DNA from: Candidatus Latescibacterota bacterium
Lineage (GTDB): Bacteria > Latescibacterota > UBA2968 > UBA8231
DNA: 64,000 nucleotides
Assembly (NCBI GenBank): GCA_965203175.1
Contig: OZ241867.1
Location: 1,856,001-1,920,000 of the forward strand
Direction: 5' to 3'
Positions 44,500 to 54,294 of this stretch are shown here, piece by piece (the first letter of the stretch is position 1; the number at the start of each line of letters is the position of its first letter). A program made the position numbers and the translations under genes. The notes under the pieces were generated by a model, which saw nothing but the letters and a program-made list of their open reading frames with translations, searched no databases and had not been told where the DNA came from.

Positions 44500-45873
44500 G
44501 TGAAACCAGACCAAGACCTGAACGCCCAACAGCTCCTTCCAGCAATCCAGCGCTTTTTAGCCCTTACCGGTGCCAAGATTCTCGATCTCGACAGCACTTG
44601 GGACCCGGATCGCGGCACCCCGGTCTTCACCCAGCAGGGGCGTTACACCACCCGAGGCTGGACCGAGTGGACCCAAGGCTTCCAATACGGCTGCGCCATA
44701 CTGCAGTACGACATGACCGCCGACGCGCGTTTCCTCGCGCTCGGCCGCGACCGCACCATCGCACACATGGCACCGCACGTCTCGCACGTCGGCGTCCACG
44801 ACCACGGCTTCAACAACCTCTCCACCTATGGCAACTTGCGCCGCCTGATGCTCGAAGGCCGCATTCCGCACGATCAGCGGGAGCTGGATTTCTACGAGTT
44901 GGCCATCAAGCTGTCGGGCGCCGTGCAAGCCGCGCGCTGGACCGAGACCGCGTACGGCACGGGCTTCATCCACTCCTTCAATGGTCCGCATTCGCTCTTT
45001 TCCGACACCATGCGCTCGCTGCGCATCTTGGGGACTGCGCACCAGCTAGGCCACGCGCTGATGGGCGAGGGCGACGAGCGCATCAGTCTGCTCGGCCGCT
45101 TAATCGAACACGCCCAGACCAACGCCCGTTTCAACGTGTACTACGGCGAGGGACGCGATGCGTTTGACACACCCGGCCGCGTAGTCCACGAATCCATCTT
45201 CAACGTTCACGACGGCCAGTACCGCTGCCCCAGCACACAACAGGGCTACACCCCATTCTCGACTTGGACTCGCGGTCTGTCGTGGGTGCTTACAGGCTAC
45301 GCCGAGCAGCTAGAGTATTTCGCCACGCTCGGCGAGGCCGATGTCGAGCCTTTTGGCACCAAGGCCGACCTCGTGCAAACCATGGAAAAAGCCGCCCTGG
45401 CCTCCGCTGAATTCCACATCGCCAACAGCTTTGCCGACGGCGTGCCCTTCTGGGACACCGGCGCACCCGGGGTCGCCTCCTTTGGCGCAATAACCGACCA
45501 GCCCTCCGACCCGTACAACGACGTCGAACCGCTCGACAGTTCGGCTGCGGCTATCTGTGGCCAAGGGTACTTGCGCTTGGGCAACTACTATTTGTTCAAA
45601 GGGGACACTACGAAGGGAACGCGCTATCGCGCCGCGGCCTTCACCATTGCCCGCGCTCTGCTAGAGGAACCGTATCTCGCCGTCGATCCCCAACACCAAG
45701 GCATCACCCTCCACGCGATCTACCATCGTCCCAACGGCTGGGACTACATCCCCCAAGGCCGCAAAATCCCCTGCGGCGAGGCGGCCATGTGGGGCGACTA
45801 CCACACAATGGAACTGATGAGCCTGATCAAACGCGAAGCAGAAAACGCTCCTTATCCACTCTTTTTCCAATAG
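44500..45873 (+). CDS. Glycoside hydrolase family 88-like (unsaturated glucuronyl hydrolase)
   Basis: WTQGF, HDHGF, DTM, QGY...STWTRG.SW, WD, DSSAAAI and WGDY motifs. Confidence 0.85.
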   Translation: MKPDQDLNAQQLLPAIQRFLALTGAKILDLDSTWDPDRGTPVFTQQGRYTTRGWTEWTQGFQYGCAILQYDMTADARFLALGRDRTIAHMAPHVSHVGVHDHGFNNLSTYGNLRRLMLEGRIPHDQRELDFYELAIKLSGAVQAARWTETAYGTGFIHSFNGPHSLFSDTMRSLRILGTAHQLGHALMGEGDERISLLGRLIEHAQTNARFNVYYGEGRDAFDTPGRVVHESIFNVHDGQYRCPSTQQGYTPFSTWTRGLSWVLTGYAEQLEYFATLGEADVEPFGTKADLVQTMEKAALASAEFHIANSFADGVPFWDTGAPGVASFGAITDQPSDPYNDVEPLDSSAAAICGQGYLRLGNYYLFKGDTTKGTRYRAAAFTIARALLEEPYLAVDPQHQGITLHAIYHRPNGWDYIPQGRKIPCGEAAMWGDYHTMELMSLIKREAENAPYPLFFQ

Positions 45874-45884
45874 CGAGACCCGCC

Positions 45885-47030
45885 GTGAAAATCACCGCCA
45901 TCACCCCCATCATCGCCCGCTTCGGCAACCGCCCCCGCGTCTTGGTCAAAGTCGAGACCGACGAGGGCATCACTGGCTGGGGCGAGACCTACTCCATCGG
46001 CCCCGACCTAGCCGTCGGTCCCACCGTCGATTACTGTTTTGAGCTAATCAAGGGCATCGACCCTCGGCGGATCGAGTTCATAATGATGAAGCTGCACCAG
46101 CAGTTCCGCTTTCCACCGGGCGGGATCGGCCTGTCGGCTATCTCCGGCATCGACCACGCGCTGTGGGACATCTCCGGTAAAGCCGCGGGCGTGCCGGTCT
46201 ATCAGCTTTTGGGCGGCCACGCCCGCGACCGGGTGCGCGTCTATCGCTCCATCGGCGGCCGCGACGGCAAAGAGGCCGCCGACCAAGCCCGGCGTCTGCA
46301 CGAGGAGTACGGCTTCACTGCCTTCAAAACCAGCCCCTATCGGCTCGACCCAGACGCCCATCGCTGGGGCTTAGTCTGCAAGACGTCAGCCAAATACTTC
46401 GAAGAATTGCGCGTTAGCTGTCCGGACGACTGGGAATTTGCCTTCGACCCGCACGCCAAGATCTTCGAGCCGATTCGCGCCTTGCAGCTAGCCAACGCCC
46501 TCGCGCCGTACGACCCCTTTTTCTACGAAGAGCCGCTGCGCCCCGAGCACATTCCAGCGTGGACCAGCCTCAAGTCGCAAATGCAGGTGCCGTTGGCCAC
46601 CGGCGAGAGCCTCTACGCCCGCTTTGAGTTCCTCGATCTAATCGCCAACCAAGGTGCCGACATCATCCAGCCCGACATCTGCGTCTGCGGCGGCCTGCTC
46701 GAAATGCGCAAGATCAACGCCATTGCCGAAGCCCACTACATCAGCATCGCTCCGCACAATCCCATGGGGCCGTTGGCGACGGCCGTCAACCTGCACTTCT
46801 GCGCCTCGGCACCCAACTTCAAAATCCTCGAATACCTCCTGCCGACTGAATCCGAGTGGAACGACTGGCTTGACGAACCCTATCTGCCCAAAGACGGCTA
46901 CCTAGAGCTGCGACCGGACCGGCCGGGACTAGGCGTCGAAGTCAACGAAGAAGCCATCACCGACAACGAATACATCCATTGGGAACGCTCCAGCCCGACG
47001 CGTCCCGACGGCTCGACCGGGTACATCTAA
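45885..47030 (+). CDS. Enolase-superfamily acid-sugar dehydratase (galactonate dehydratase-like)
   Basis: TDEGITGWGE, IDHALWDISGK, DPH, EEP, TGE, QPD and PHNP motifs. Confidence 0.88.
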   Translation: MKITAITPIIARFGNRPRVLVKVETDEGITGWGETYSIGPDLAVGPTVDYCFELIKGIDPRRIEFIMMKLHQQFRFPPGGIGLSAISGIDHALWDISGKAAGVPVYQLLGGHARDRVRVYRSIGGRDGKEAADQARRLHEEYGFTAFKTSPYRLDPDAHRWGLVCKTSAKYFEELRVSCPDDWEFAFDPHAKIFEPIRALQLANALAPYDPFFYEEPLRPEHIPAWTSLKSQMQVPLATGESLYARFEFLDLIANQGADIIQPDICVCGGLLEMRKINAIAEAHYISIAPHNPMGPLATAVNLHFCASAPNFKILEYLLPTESEWNDWLDEPYLPKDGYLELRPDRPGLGVEVNEEAITDNEYIHWERSSPTRPDGSTGYI

Positions 47031-47569
47031 TGCTCAGCCGCGACCACACCGCACTCGTCCTCATCGACATTCAGGGCAAGCTGGCCTCGCTGATGCACGA
47101 ACGCGAGGCGCTCTACCGCCAGCTACAGATTCTCGTCCAGGGCGCGCAGGTTCTCGGGTTGCCCATTCTATGGCTAGAGCAGTACCCCAAAGGGCTTGGC
47201 CCCACCATTTCCGAGGTCGCCGACCTGCTCTCCGACCAAGAACCACTGGCCAAGACCTGCTTTAGCGCCTGCGGCCTCAGCGCTTTCCAAACCCAACTGC
47301 GCCAGAGCGGTCGCCGCCAGATTCTCTTGGCCGGGATCGAAAGCCACATCTGCGTCTATCAGACTGCCCGCGATTTGCTGGATGCGGGCTACCACGTCGA
47401 AGTCGTCGCCGACGCCATCTCCTCGCGTACCGCCGAGAACAAGGAACTGGGGCTGCAAAAAATGGCGTCCGCTGGCGCGCAGATCACGGCGGTGGAAATG
47501 TGTCTATTTGAATTGCTGCAGGAGGCAGGGACGGCGGAGTTCAAGCAAATTGCGGCATTGGTAAAGTGA
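47030..47569 (+). CDS. Isochorismatase family hydrolase
   Basis: LIDIQ, EQYPKGLGPT, KTCFS and GIESHICVYQTA; TAATG overlap with the upstream gene. Confidence 0.9.
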   Translation: MLSRDHTALVLIDIQGKLASLMHEREALYRQLQILVQGAQVLGLPILWLEQYPKGLGPTISEVADLLSDQEPLAKTCFSACGLSAFQTQLRQSGRRQILLAGIESHICVYQTARDLLDAGYHVEVVADAISSRTAENKELGLQKMASAGAQITAVEMCLFELLQEAGTAEFKQIAALVK

Positions 47570-47728
47570 GGGGTGTTGTTACCTCTGAGGAACAACGTCG
47601 CTTCCACAAGGCAACAGCACGGCGCATACAGCACATAACGCTACCAGAGGGAACGGGCATCTGCCAAGCATGGCCTACCTTTTGCTTATAGGGGGAAGTG
47701 CTTACATTTATCCAGAGAGGACCTTCTC

Positions 47729-48067
47729 ATGGCCGAGCAATCGTCCAATCCCGTCCAACCCACTGAATCCACCCTCGCTCTGAGCTTCCTGCGCGAGGAT
47801 ATTCAGGACCTACGTCAAGACGTGCGCCAAATACACGAGCGCATCGATCAGACCAACGGGCGCATCGACACCCTGCGCACCGAAATGAGTGGCCGCATCG
47901 ACACCCTGCGTACCGAAGTGGGAGAGCGCATCGACCAAACCAACGGACGCATCGACAGCTTAGCCAAACAACTCGACTCGCGCTACGCGCGACTAATGGC
48001 CATGCTCATCGCCTGTACCAGCATCCTCGTCACCACCATGGGCGCAGCCGTCGCCGTGCTCAAGTGA
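47729..48067 (+). CDS. Membrane-anchored coiled-coil repeat protein (DUF1640/CCDC90-like architecture)
   Basis: Repeated ERIDQTNGRID and GRIDTLRTE units; C-terminal TM helix; GAGG RBS. Confidence 0.7.
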   Translation: MAEQSSNPVQPTESTLALSFLREDIQDLRQDVRQIHERIDQTNGRIDTLRTEMSGRIDTLRTEVGERIDQTNGRIDSLAKQLDSRYARLMAMLIACTSILVTTMGAAVAVLK

Positions 48068-48125
48068 CGCCCTAAACTCGCTCCGGAAACCGCTCCCGGT
48101 ACTCTCGATCAAATTCTTCGCTGCC
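48046..48125. repeat. 80-bp direct repeat, copy 1
   Basis: 77 of 80 identical to 48416-48495. Confidence 0.95.
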
Positions 48126-48139
48126 TATAGGAGCCAAAG

Positions 48140-48349
48140 ATGGCTAAAATTATATCTTCTCGAGAGCAATCATCGTTTGAAGTTATCGTGGAAGCCGAAA
48201 CCCTGAGCGAGGCAATAAAAGAAGCTGCGTCATTAGCAGATGATGTGAAGACGCATGGATATGTAATTTTCCAAGTAGAGGAAAATTTTTTCGGAAACAC
48301 CGACGATACTCGGCAATGGCGTCTCAAGTGGTACGGAAAGGAACGCTAG
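48140..48349 (+). CDS. Orphan 69-aa hypothetical protein in an AT-rich insert
   Basis: AGGAG RBS; fills most of the 290-bp insert between the 80-bp repeats. Confidence 0.65.
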   Translation: MAKIISSREQSSFEVIVEAETLSEAIKEAASLADDVKTHGYVIFQVEENFFGNTDDTRQWRLKWYGKER

Positions 48350-48415
48350 TGGGTGCCCCAAAAACAAGCCTTATATTTCAAACACAACCACTACCCTATT
48401 ATCTTTCTCGCCCTT

Positions 48416-48495
48416 AGCCGTCGCCGTGCTCAAGTGACGCCCTAAACTCGCTCCGGGAACCGCTCCCGATACTCCCGATCAAATTCTTCGCTGCC
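48416..48495. repeat. 80-bp direct repeat, copy 2
   Basis: Contains the functional 3' end of the enolase gene 48442-49683. Confidence 0.95.
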
Positions 48496-49683
48496 GTCGT
48501 CGAGCCGCACCTCTAGCTCCATCCCCGGTAAGAAGCCCGTCAGCTTGCCAGCGGTGAAATCGCCCCGATACCCTCCGCCCGGTGCCCACAACTCCCGGCC
48601 ATCGGGCCAGCGCACGGCGTGTATTTGGCGCACCGGCACTTTCGCAAAATCCGGCTCGACGCGCAGGCGCTCCACGGCATCCCAGTCCAACTCGACCCCC
48701 AAGCCTGGAGCCTCCGGCACCCGCAAATGCCCGCCCTCCACGGCAAACTCCTGCACCAAGACGTGCGAATAAATGTTGACGCAGGGAATCGCCGGCCAGC
48801 GCGCTTCCTTTAGCACCGCCCCCAAATGCGCCGCAAAGGTTGCTGTCAGGCCGGTGCCGACCATCTGCAACCAGAACGGCATTTGCGCCCGCGCGGCCAA
48901 GTTGCCGTCGCTCAAGACGCGGCTTACCCCACCGCCGATGACAAACCCGTCGCACACGCCCTCGCGAATCGCCGTCATGGGCGGCGGCTGGCCTATGTGC
49001 ATGGCAATTGGACATTGGATCTTGTGCCGCAGGAGTTTGTTGCCCTCCACGTCGTCTTGGGGAATCGGCGACTCGACGATGGCGAGACAGGCATTGTCCC
49101 GCTCTAAGCGCGCAATGAGCGGAGCGGCTTGGTCAACCCCCAGCAACATGGTGTTGAAGTCGGCGTCCAGCTTGAAGTGCTGAGAAGTGGCCTCAGCCAC
49201 GGCTTGCAACTGCGCCGCAATGTCGTACCAAGGCCGCGCCTTGACCTTCATGGTAGTAAAACCATGCGCCTCGGCCGCACGGGCTTCAGCCGCCCACGCT
49301 GCGGGCGGCATGCTTTGCGCCCACCAAGAAACCGGGCAGGCGTCGCGGTGCTGCGGCCCCATCAGCCGGTGGCAGGGTACGCCTAAGTGCTTGCCAGCCG
49401 CGTCGAAAAGCGCCATCTGCAAGCCAGCTCCCAGCGAATCGTCCCACAGCACCTCGAACACATTCCGCCCGCGCACGCGGGCAAACTCCGCTTCGCGCGA
49501 GTGGCCCCACGTATATCCCTGAATCGTCTCGCCAATGCCGACAACGCCGCCCTCAGTCTCCACTTCGGTCAACTCGACGATAGACCAACCCGGCCCATAG
49601 ACTTCCATGGCGTCGGCGCAGCGCTCGTGGAACGGCACGTGTAGCACGGTCCGCACGACGTCTTTAACAACACAATAACTCAT
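48442..49683 (-). CDS. Mandelate racemase/muconate lactonizing enzyme, paralog of 15696-16946
   Basis: GIGET, GLQMALFDAAGK, KVKARPWYD, DADFN, PFWLQMVGTG and PGLGVE motifs. Confidence 0.88.
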   Translation of the reverse strand: MSYCVVKDVVRTVLHVPFHERCADAMEVYGPGWSIVELTEVETEGGVVGIGETIQGYTWGHSREAEFARVRGRNVFEVLWDDSLGAGLQMALFDAAGKHLGVPCHRLMGPQHRDACPVSWWAQSMPPAAWAAEARAAEAHGFTTMKVKARPWYDIAAQLQAVAEATSQHFKLDADFNTMLLGVDQAAPLIARLERDNACLAIVESPIPQDDVEGNKLLRHKIQCPIAMHIGQPPPMTAIREGVCDGFVIGGGVSRVLSDGNLAARAQMPFWLQMVGTGLTATFAAHLGAVLKEARWPAIPCVNIYSHVLVQEFAVEGGHLRVPEAPGLGVELDWDAVERLRVEPDFAKVPVRQIHAVRWPDGRELWAPGGGYRGDFTAGKLTGFLPGMELEVRLDDGSEEFDREYRERFPERV

Positions 49684-49701
49684 TATATCCTCTCGCAGGC
49701 C

Positions 49702-52377
49702 CTACTCGGCCATCCGCCTAAGTACTGCGTGTAAGATCCCCCCGTTGCGGTAGTAGTTGATCTCCACGGGGGTGTCTATCCGGCATACCACCGCAAAGCG
49801 CTTCTCGCCCTCGGCGCTTTTAGCCACCACCTCCAACACCTGCCCCGGCTGCAGGTCGTCGTCGAGACCCTCAATATCGAATACCTCCTCGCCGGTCAGC
49901 CCTAGCGAGTGGCGGTCTTCACCGGAGGAAAATTGCAGCGGCAGAATGCCCATCCCAATCAGATTCGAGCGATGGATGCGCTCGTAGGTCTCGGCGATTG
50001 CGGCCTTGACGCCTTGCAGGAAGGGACCTTTGGCGGCCCAGTCGCGGCTCGAACCTGATCCGTACTCCTTGCCCGCGATAATGATCGAAGGCACGCCCTC
50101 TTCGATGTAGCGCATCGCCGCGTCGTAGATGGTCATCTGCTCGCCCGAAGGCAGGTGGCGCGTCAACCCCCCCTCGACGCCGGGCACCAACTCGTTGCGG
50201 ATGCGGATATTGGCAAACGTGCCTCGCATCATCACCTCGTGGTTGCCGCGCCTAGAGCCATAGCTGTTCCAATCCTTGCGTTCGACGTCGTGGTCGGCGA
50301 GATACTCGCCTCCCGGACTGCCTGCGGCGATGGAGCCAGCCGGCGAGATGTGATCGGTCGTCACGCTGTCGCCGAGCTTGGCCAAGACGCGCGCGCCTTG
50401 GATCGGCTGGATCGGCTGGACCTTCTTGGTGAGGCCGTCGAAGAAATTCGGCTTGCGAATGTACGTGCTTTCCTCGGCCCAGGCGTAGCGCTTGCCCTCG
50501 GGCACGGGAATGGCGTTCCAAGTCTCGTTTTGACGGAACGCATTGCCGTATTCTTCCTCGAACATCTTCGGCGTCAGCGAGCGGGCAATTGCATCGCGGA
50601 TCTGGTCCTGCGAGGGCCAGATGTCGCGCAGGAATACCTCGCAGCCCGCTTGGTCGCGGCCCAGCGGCTCGCGCTCAAAGTCGATCGTCGCCCGGCCCGC
50701 GAGCGCGTAGGCCACAACTAACGGCGGCGAGGCGAGGAAATTGGCCCTCGTCAACGCGTGGACCCGGCCCTCGAAATTGCGGTTGCCGCTGAGCACGCTA
50801 CACACCACCAAATCGTTGTCGGCCACAGCCGCGGAGAGTTCCTCGGGCAGAGGCCCCGAGTTGCCGATGCAGGTCGTGCAACCGTATCCGACCGTGTGGA
50901 AGCCGAGGGCCTCTAGGCTCTCGGTGAGGCTGGCCGCGTCGAGGTAGCGCGAGACGACCCGGCTGCCCGGAGCCAAGCTAGTCTTGACGTAGGCCGGGAC
51001 CGAAAGGCCTCGCTCGGCCGCGTTGCGTGCCAACAGTCCCGCCCCCACCATCGCGCTCGGATTGCTAGTATTCGTACAAGAGGTAATGGCGGCGATGAGC
51101 ACGGCACCGTGATCCAACTCAACCGCGCCCTGCTCACCCAACTCAACGGCGACCTTTTTGCCAACGTCTTCCACCTCAAAGCGGTCCGTTAGCGAATCGG
51201 CGAAGGCGGTCGGCACGTCCTTGAGCGCGACCCGATCCTGCGGCCGCGTCGGACCGGCCAAGCTCGGCTCGACCGTAGCCATATCCAGCGCCAAGTGCTC
51301 GCTGAAGATGGGATCGGGGGTTTCGGCGTGGTAGAACATGCCCTGCGCTTCCATGTACGCGCGGACGCGCTCGACCACCGCCTTTTTGCGCCCGGTGAGC
51401 GCCAAATACGCCAGCGTCTCCTCGTCAACCGGGAAAATGCCCATCGTCGCCCCGTATTCTGGGGCCATGTTGGCGAGGGTCGCCCGGTCGGCCAAGCTCA
51501 GCTCGCTCAAGCCTGGGCCGTAAAATTCAACGAATTTGCCCACCACGCCGTGCGCCCGCAGCATCTGCACCACCGTCAGCACCAAGTCCGTCGCCGTCGT
51601 CCCAGTGGGCAAGGCGCCCGTCAATTTGACGCCGACCACTTCGGGCAAAAGCATGTAGATCGGCTGCCCCAACATCACGGCCTCGGCCTCGATGCCGCCC
51701 ACGCCCCAGCCGAGGACGCCGAGACCGTTGATCATCGTCGTGTGGCTGTCCGTGCCCACTAGGCTGTCGGGATAGAACTCGCCGTCCTGCTCCTGCACCA
51801 CCTGTGCCAGATATTCCAAGTTGACCTGATGCACGATGCCGGTGGCCGGCGGGACCACGCGAAAATTGTCAAAGGACTCCTGACCCCAGCGCAAAAACTC
51901 GTAGCGCTCGCGGTTGCGCTCGAATTCGCGCTCGGCGTTCATGGCCAGGGCCTCGCGCATGCCGTAGTAATCGACCTGCACCGAATGATCAATGACCAAA
52001 TCAACCGGAATCAGGGGATTGACCTTCTCCGGGTTGCCGCCCAAATCGGCCACCGCGTCGCGCATCACGGCCAGATCGACCACGGCTGGCACGCCGGTAA
52101 AATCCTGCATCACTACCCGCGCTGGCTTGAAGGGAATCTCTTCCTTGCCCGCGGTCTCGGGACTCCAGCGCGCAATGCGCTCGACGTCCTCGCGAGTAAT
52201 CTCAAACCCGTCGCACTGCCTGAGCGCGGCCTCTAGCAGAATCTTGATCGAATAGGGCAGCCGGCTCACCTCGGCCACGCCGTCTTGTTCTAGTTTTTGA
52301 ATGCGGTACAGGACGCCGCTGCCACCGCTGCCTTCCAGCCGGGTGCGCGCTCCGAATTCGTCTTTTCTCTCTGTCAT
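49702..52377 (-). CDS. acnA: Aconitate hydratase A
   Basis: [43 protein letters not shown] and [13 protein letters not shown]; 891 aa. Confidence 0.97.
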   Translation of the reverse strand: MTERKDEFGARTRLEGSGGSGVLYRIQKLEQDGVAEVSRLPYSIKILLEAALRQCDGFEITREDVERIARWSPETAGKEEIPFKPARVVMQDFTGVPAVVDLAVMRDAVADLGGNPEKVNPLIPVDLVIDHSVQVDYYGMREALAMNAEREFERNRERYEFLRWGQESFDNFRVVPPATGIVHQVNLEYLAQVVQEQDGEFYPDSLVGTDSHTTMINGLGVLGWGVGGIEAEAVMLGQPIYMLLPEVVGVKLTGALPTGTTATDLVLTVVQMLRAHGVVGKFVEFYGPGLSELSLADRATLANMAPEYGATMGIFPVDEETLAYLALTGRKKAVVERVRAYMEAQGMFYHAETPDPIFSEHLALDMATVEPSLAGPTRPQDRVALKDVPTAFADSLTDRFEVEDVGKKVAVELGEQGAVELDHGAVLIAAITSCTNTSNPSAMVGAGLLARNAAERGLSVPAYVKTSLAPGSRVVSRYLDAASLTESLEALGFHTVGYGCTTCIGNSGPLPEELSAAVADNDLVVCSVLSGNRNFEGRVHALTRANFLASPPLVVAYALAGRATIDFEREPLGRDQAGCEVFLRDIWPSQDQIRDAIARSLTPKMFEEEYGNAFRQNETWNAIPVPEGKRYAWAEESTYIRKPNFFDGLTKKVQPIQPIQGARVLAKLGDSVTTDHISPAGSIAAGSPGGEYLADHDVERKDWNSYGSRRGNHEVMMRGTFANIRIRNELVPGVEGGLTRHLPSGEQMTIYDAAMRYIEEGVPSIIIAGKEYGSGSSRDWAAKGPFLQGVKAAIAETYERIHRSNLIGMGILPLQFSSGEDRHSLGLTGEEVFDIEGLDDDLQPGQVLEVVAKSAEGEKRFAVVCRIDTPVEINYYRNGGILHAVLRRMAE

Positions 52378-52468
52378 GGAAAACCTCTTGCAAATGGAGA
52401 TGTCTCAGAAAGTTGTCTTTAATATATTCAAGACCAACCCGACCTTCCACCTGCCGCCCTAGGCCGCC

Positions 52469-54274
52469 ATGCACAACCTGCGCCAATTTCTCGATTGCCT
52501 GCGCCGCGAAGGCGAGCTTGTCACCGTTGACGCCCCAGTTTCATCTGAACTCGAAATCGCCGAAATCCATCGCCGCGTTCTTGCCGCCGCTGGCCCGGCC
52601 CTGCTGTTTACCCACGTCGAAGGCGCGGACTTTCCCTGCGTCACCAATCTCTTTGGCACGGCCCGGCGCGTCGATCTGGCCTTTGGCCCTAGGCCGGAAC
52701 AGTTTATCCAGCAGCTAGTGCAACTCGCCCAAGACCTGCCCTCGCTCTCGCCGGGCAAACTCTGGCCGCACAAAAACCTAATTCCCGCCGCGCTCAAGGT
52801 CGGGTTGAAGACCGTCGGCAAAGGCCCCGTCGGCGAATGCGTGCAGTCGCCGCCCAACCTCGCGCGCCTACCCCTGCTCAAAACCTGGCCCGAAGACGGC
52901 GGGCACTTCATCACCTTGCCGCTGGTCTATACCGAACACCCCGATACCGGCCATCACAACCTCGGCATGTACCGCATCCAGCGCCACGATTCCCAGACCC
53001 TCGGCGTCCACTGGCAAATCCAAAAAGGCGGCGGCTTTCACTACCACGTCGCCGAGCAGCGGGACGCAGACCTGCCGCTGGTCATCTTCGTCGGCGGTCC
53101 ACCGGCGTTGATCCTCGCGGCAATCGCGCCTTTGCCCGAGGACTTGCCCGAACTGGTGTTGGCTTCCCTATTACAGGGCGAGCGCCTGCGCCGCATGCGA
53201 GGCTCCACTCTGCCCCTGATCGCCGAAGCCGAATTCGCTATTGAGGGCGTGGTGCCGCCGCACGTGCGCGAGCCAGAAGGGCCTTTCGGCGATCACTACG
53301 GCTACTACTCGCTGCAACACGACTACCCAGTGCTCCAAGCCAAGCGCCTCTACCACCGCAAAGACGCCATCTTCCCGGCCACCGTAGTAGGCAAGCCGCC
53401 ACAGGAAGACATGTTCCTCGGCACCTACATCCAGCAGCTCATGGCGCCCTTGAGCAAGCTGGTAATGCCTGCAATCAAAGCCATGTGGAGCTACGGCGAG
53501 ACCGGCTATCACTCGCTGGCGGCCATCGTCGTCGAGGAGCGCTACCCACGCGAGGCCATGAAATTTGCCTTTCGCATCTTGGGCGAGGACGGCGGCCAGC
53601 TCAACCTCACCAAGTTTTTGGTCGTAATTGATCGCCCTTTGGACTTGGGCGACTTCCGGCAGGTGCTCGCGTATGCCCTAGCGCGTGCGCAGCTTGCAAC
53701 CGACCTTTTCGTCATCGCCAATCTCGCCATGGATACCCTCGACTACACGGGACCGGCCGTGAACCAAGGCAGCAAAGGAATCCTCATAGGCGTGGGCGAT
53801 CCAGTCAACGACCTGCCCGGAGAATTCAGCGGCGACCTGCCCGGCGGTGCCAGCGCCGCCGAAGTCTATTGTCCCGGTGCCCTCGCGGTGCAAGGCCCGA
53901 CGTACGCGGAAGATCCCGGCTACGCCCAACACCTCGCCGAAGACCGAGCTGTCGCAGCTTGGCCGCTGGTATTTTTGGTTGACGACGCCAGTGCAGCCGC
54001 CAAGAACGTCACCTTTCTCTGGAGTACCTTTACTCGCTTTGAACCGGCTGCCGACACGTATGCCGCCGCCGTCCAACTCCGTCGCCACCACCCCTGCTAT
54101 ACGCCGCCGATCGTCTTGGATTGCCGCATGAAACCCGGCTACCCGGACGAGCTGATCACGGACGAAGAAACCGCGCAAAAGGTCAGCCGACGCTGGCAGG
54201 AGTACTTTCCCCAAGGCGGCGTCGAAGGCGCAGAAGACCGCCTTGGCTACACCGGATTTTCCCTGTTGGATTAA
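52469..54274 (+). CDS. UbiD family prFMN-dependent decarboxylase, long form
   Basis: NLFGT, NLGMYR, EGPFGDHYGYY, VVGKPPQED and DTLDY motifs. Confidence 0.9.
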   Translation: MHNLRQFLDCLRREGELVTVDAPVSSELEIAEIHRRVLAAAGPALLFTHVEGADFPCVTNLFGTARRVDLAFGPRPEQFIQQLVQLAQDLPSLSPGKLWPHKNLIPAALKVGLKTVGKGPVGECVQSPPNLARLPLLKTWPEDGGHFITLPLVYTEHPDTGHHNLGMYRIQRHDSQTLGVHWQIQKGGGFHYHVAEQRDADLPLVIFVGGPPALILAAIAPLPEDLPELVLASLLQGERLRRMRGSTLPLIAEAEFAIEGVVPPHVREPEGPFGDHYGYYSLQHDYPVLQAKRLYHRKDAIFPATVVGKPPQEDMFLGTYIQQLMAPLSKLVMPAIKAMWSYGETGYHSLAAIVVEERYPREAMKFAFRILGEDGGQLNLTKFLVVIDRPLDLGDFRQVLAYALARAQLATDLFVIANLAMDTLDYTGPAVNQGSKGILIGVGDPVNDLPGEFSGDLPGGASAAEVYCPGALAVQGPTYAEDPGYAQHLAEDRAVAAWPLVFLVDDASAAAKNVTFLWSTFTRFEPAADTYAAAVQLRRHHPCYTPPIVLDCRMKPGYPDELITDEETAQKVSRRWQEYFPQGGVEGAEDRLGYTGFSLLD

Positions 54275-54294
54275 CCCTGAGCAGAGGTCGCCTC

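Noticed and set aside
47575-47596. Hairpin GTTGTT-A-CCTC-T-GAGG-AACAAC after the isochorismatase gene
   Set aside because: Too small a loop and no U tract; it cannot be called a terminator or a repeat family from one copy.
52469-54274. UbiD without an adjacent UbiX as an anomaly
   Set aside because: ubiX is often encoded elsewhere; its absence from one window is uninformative.
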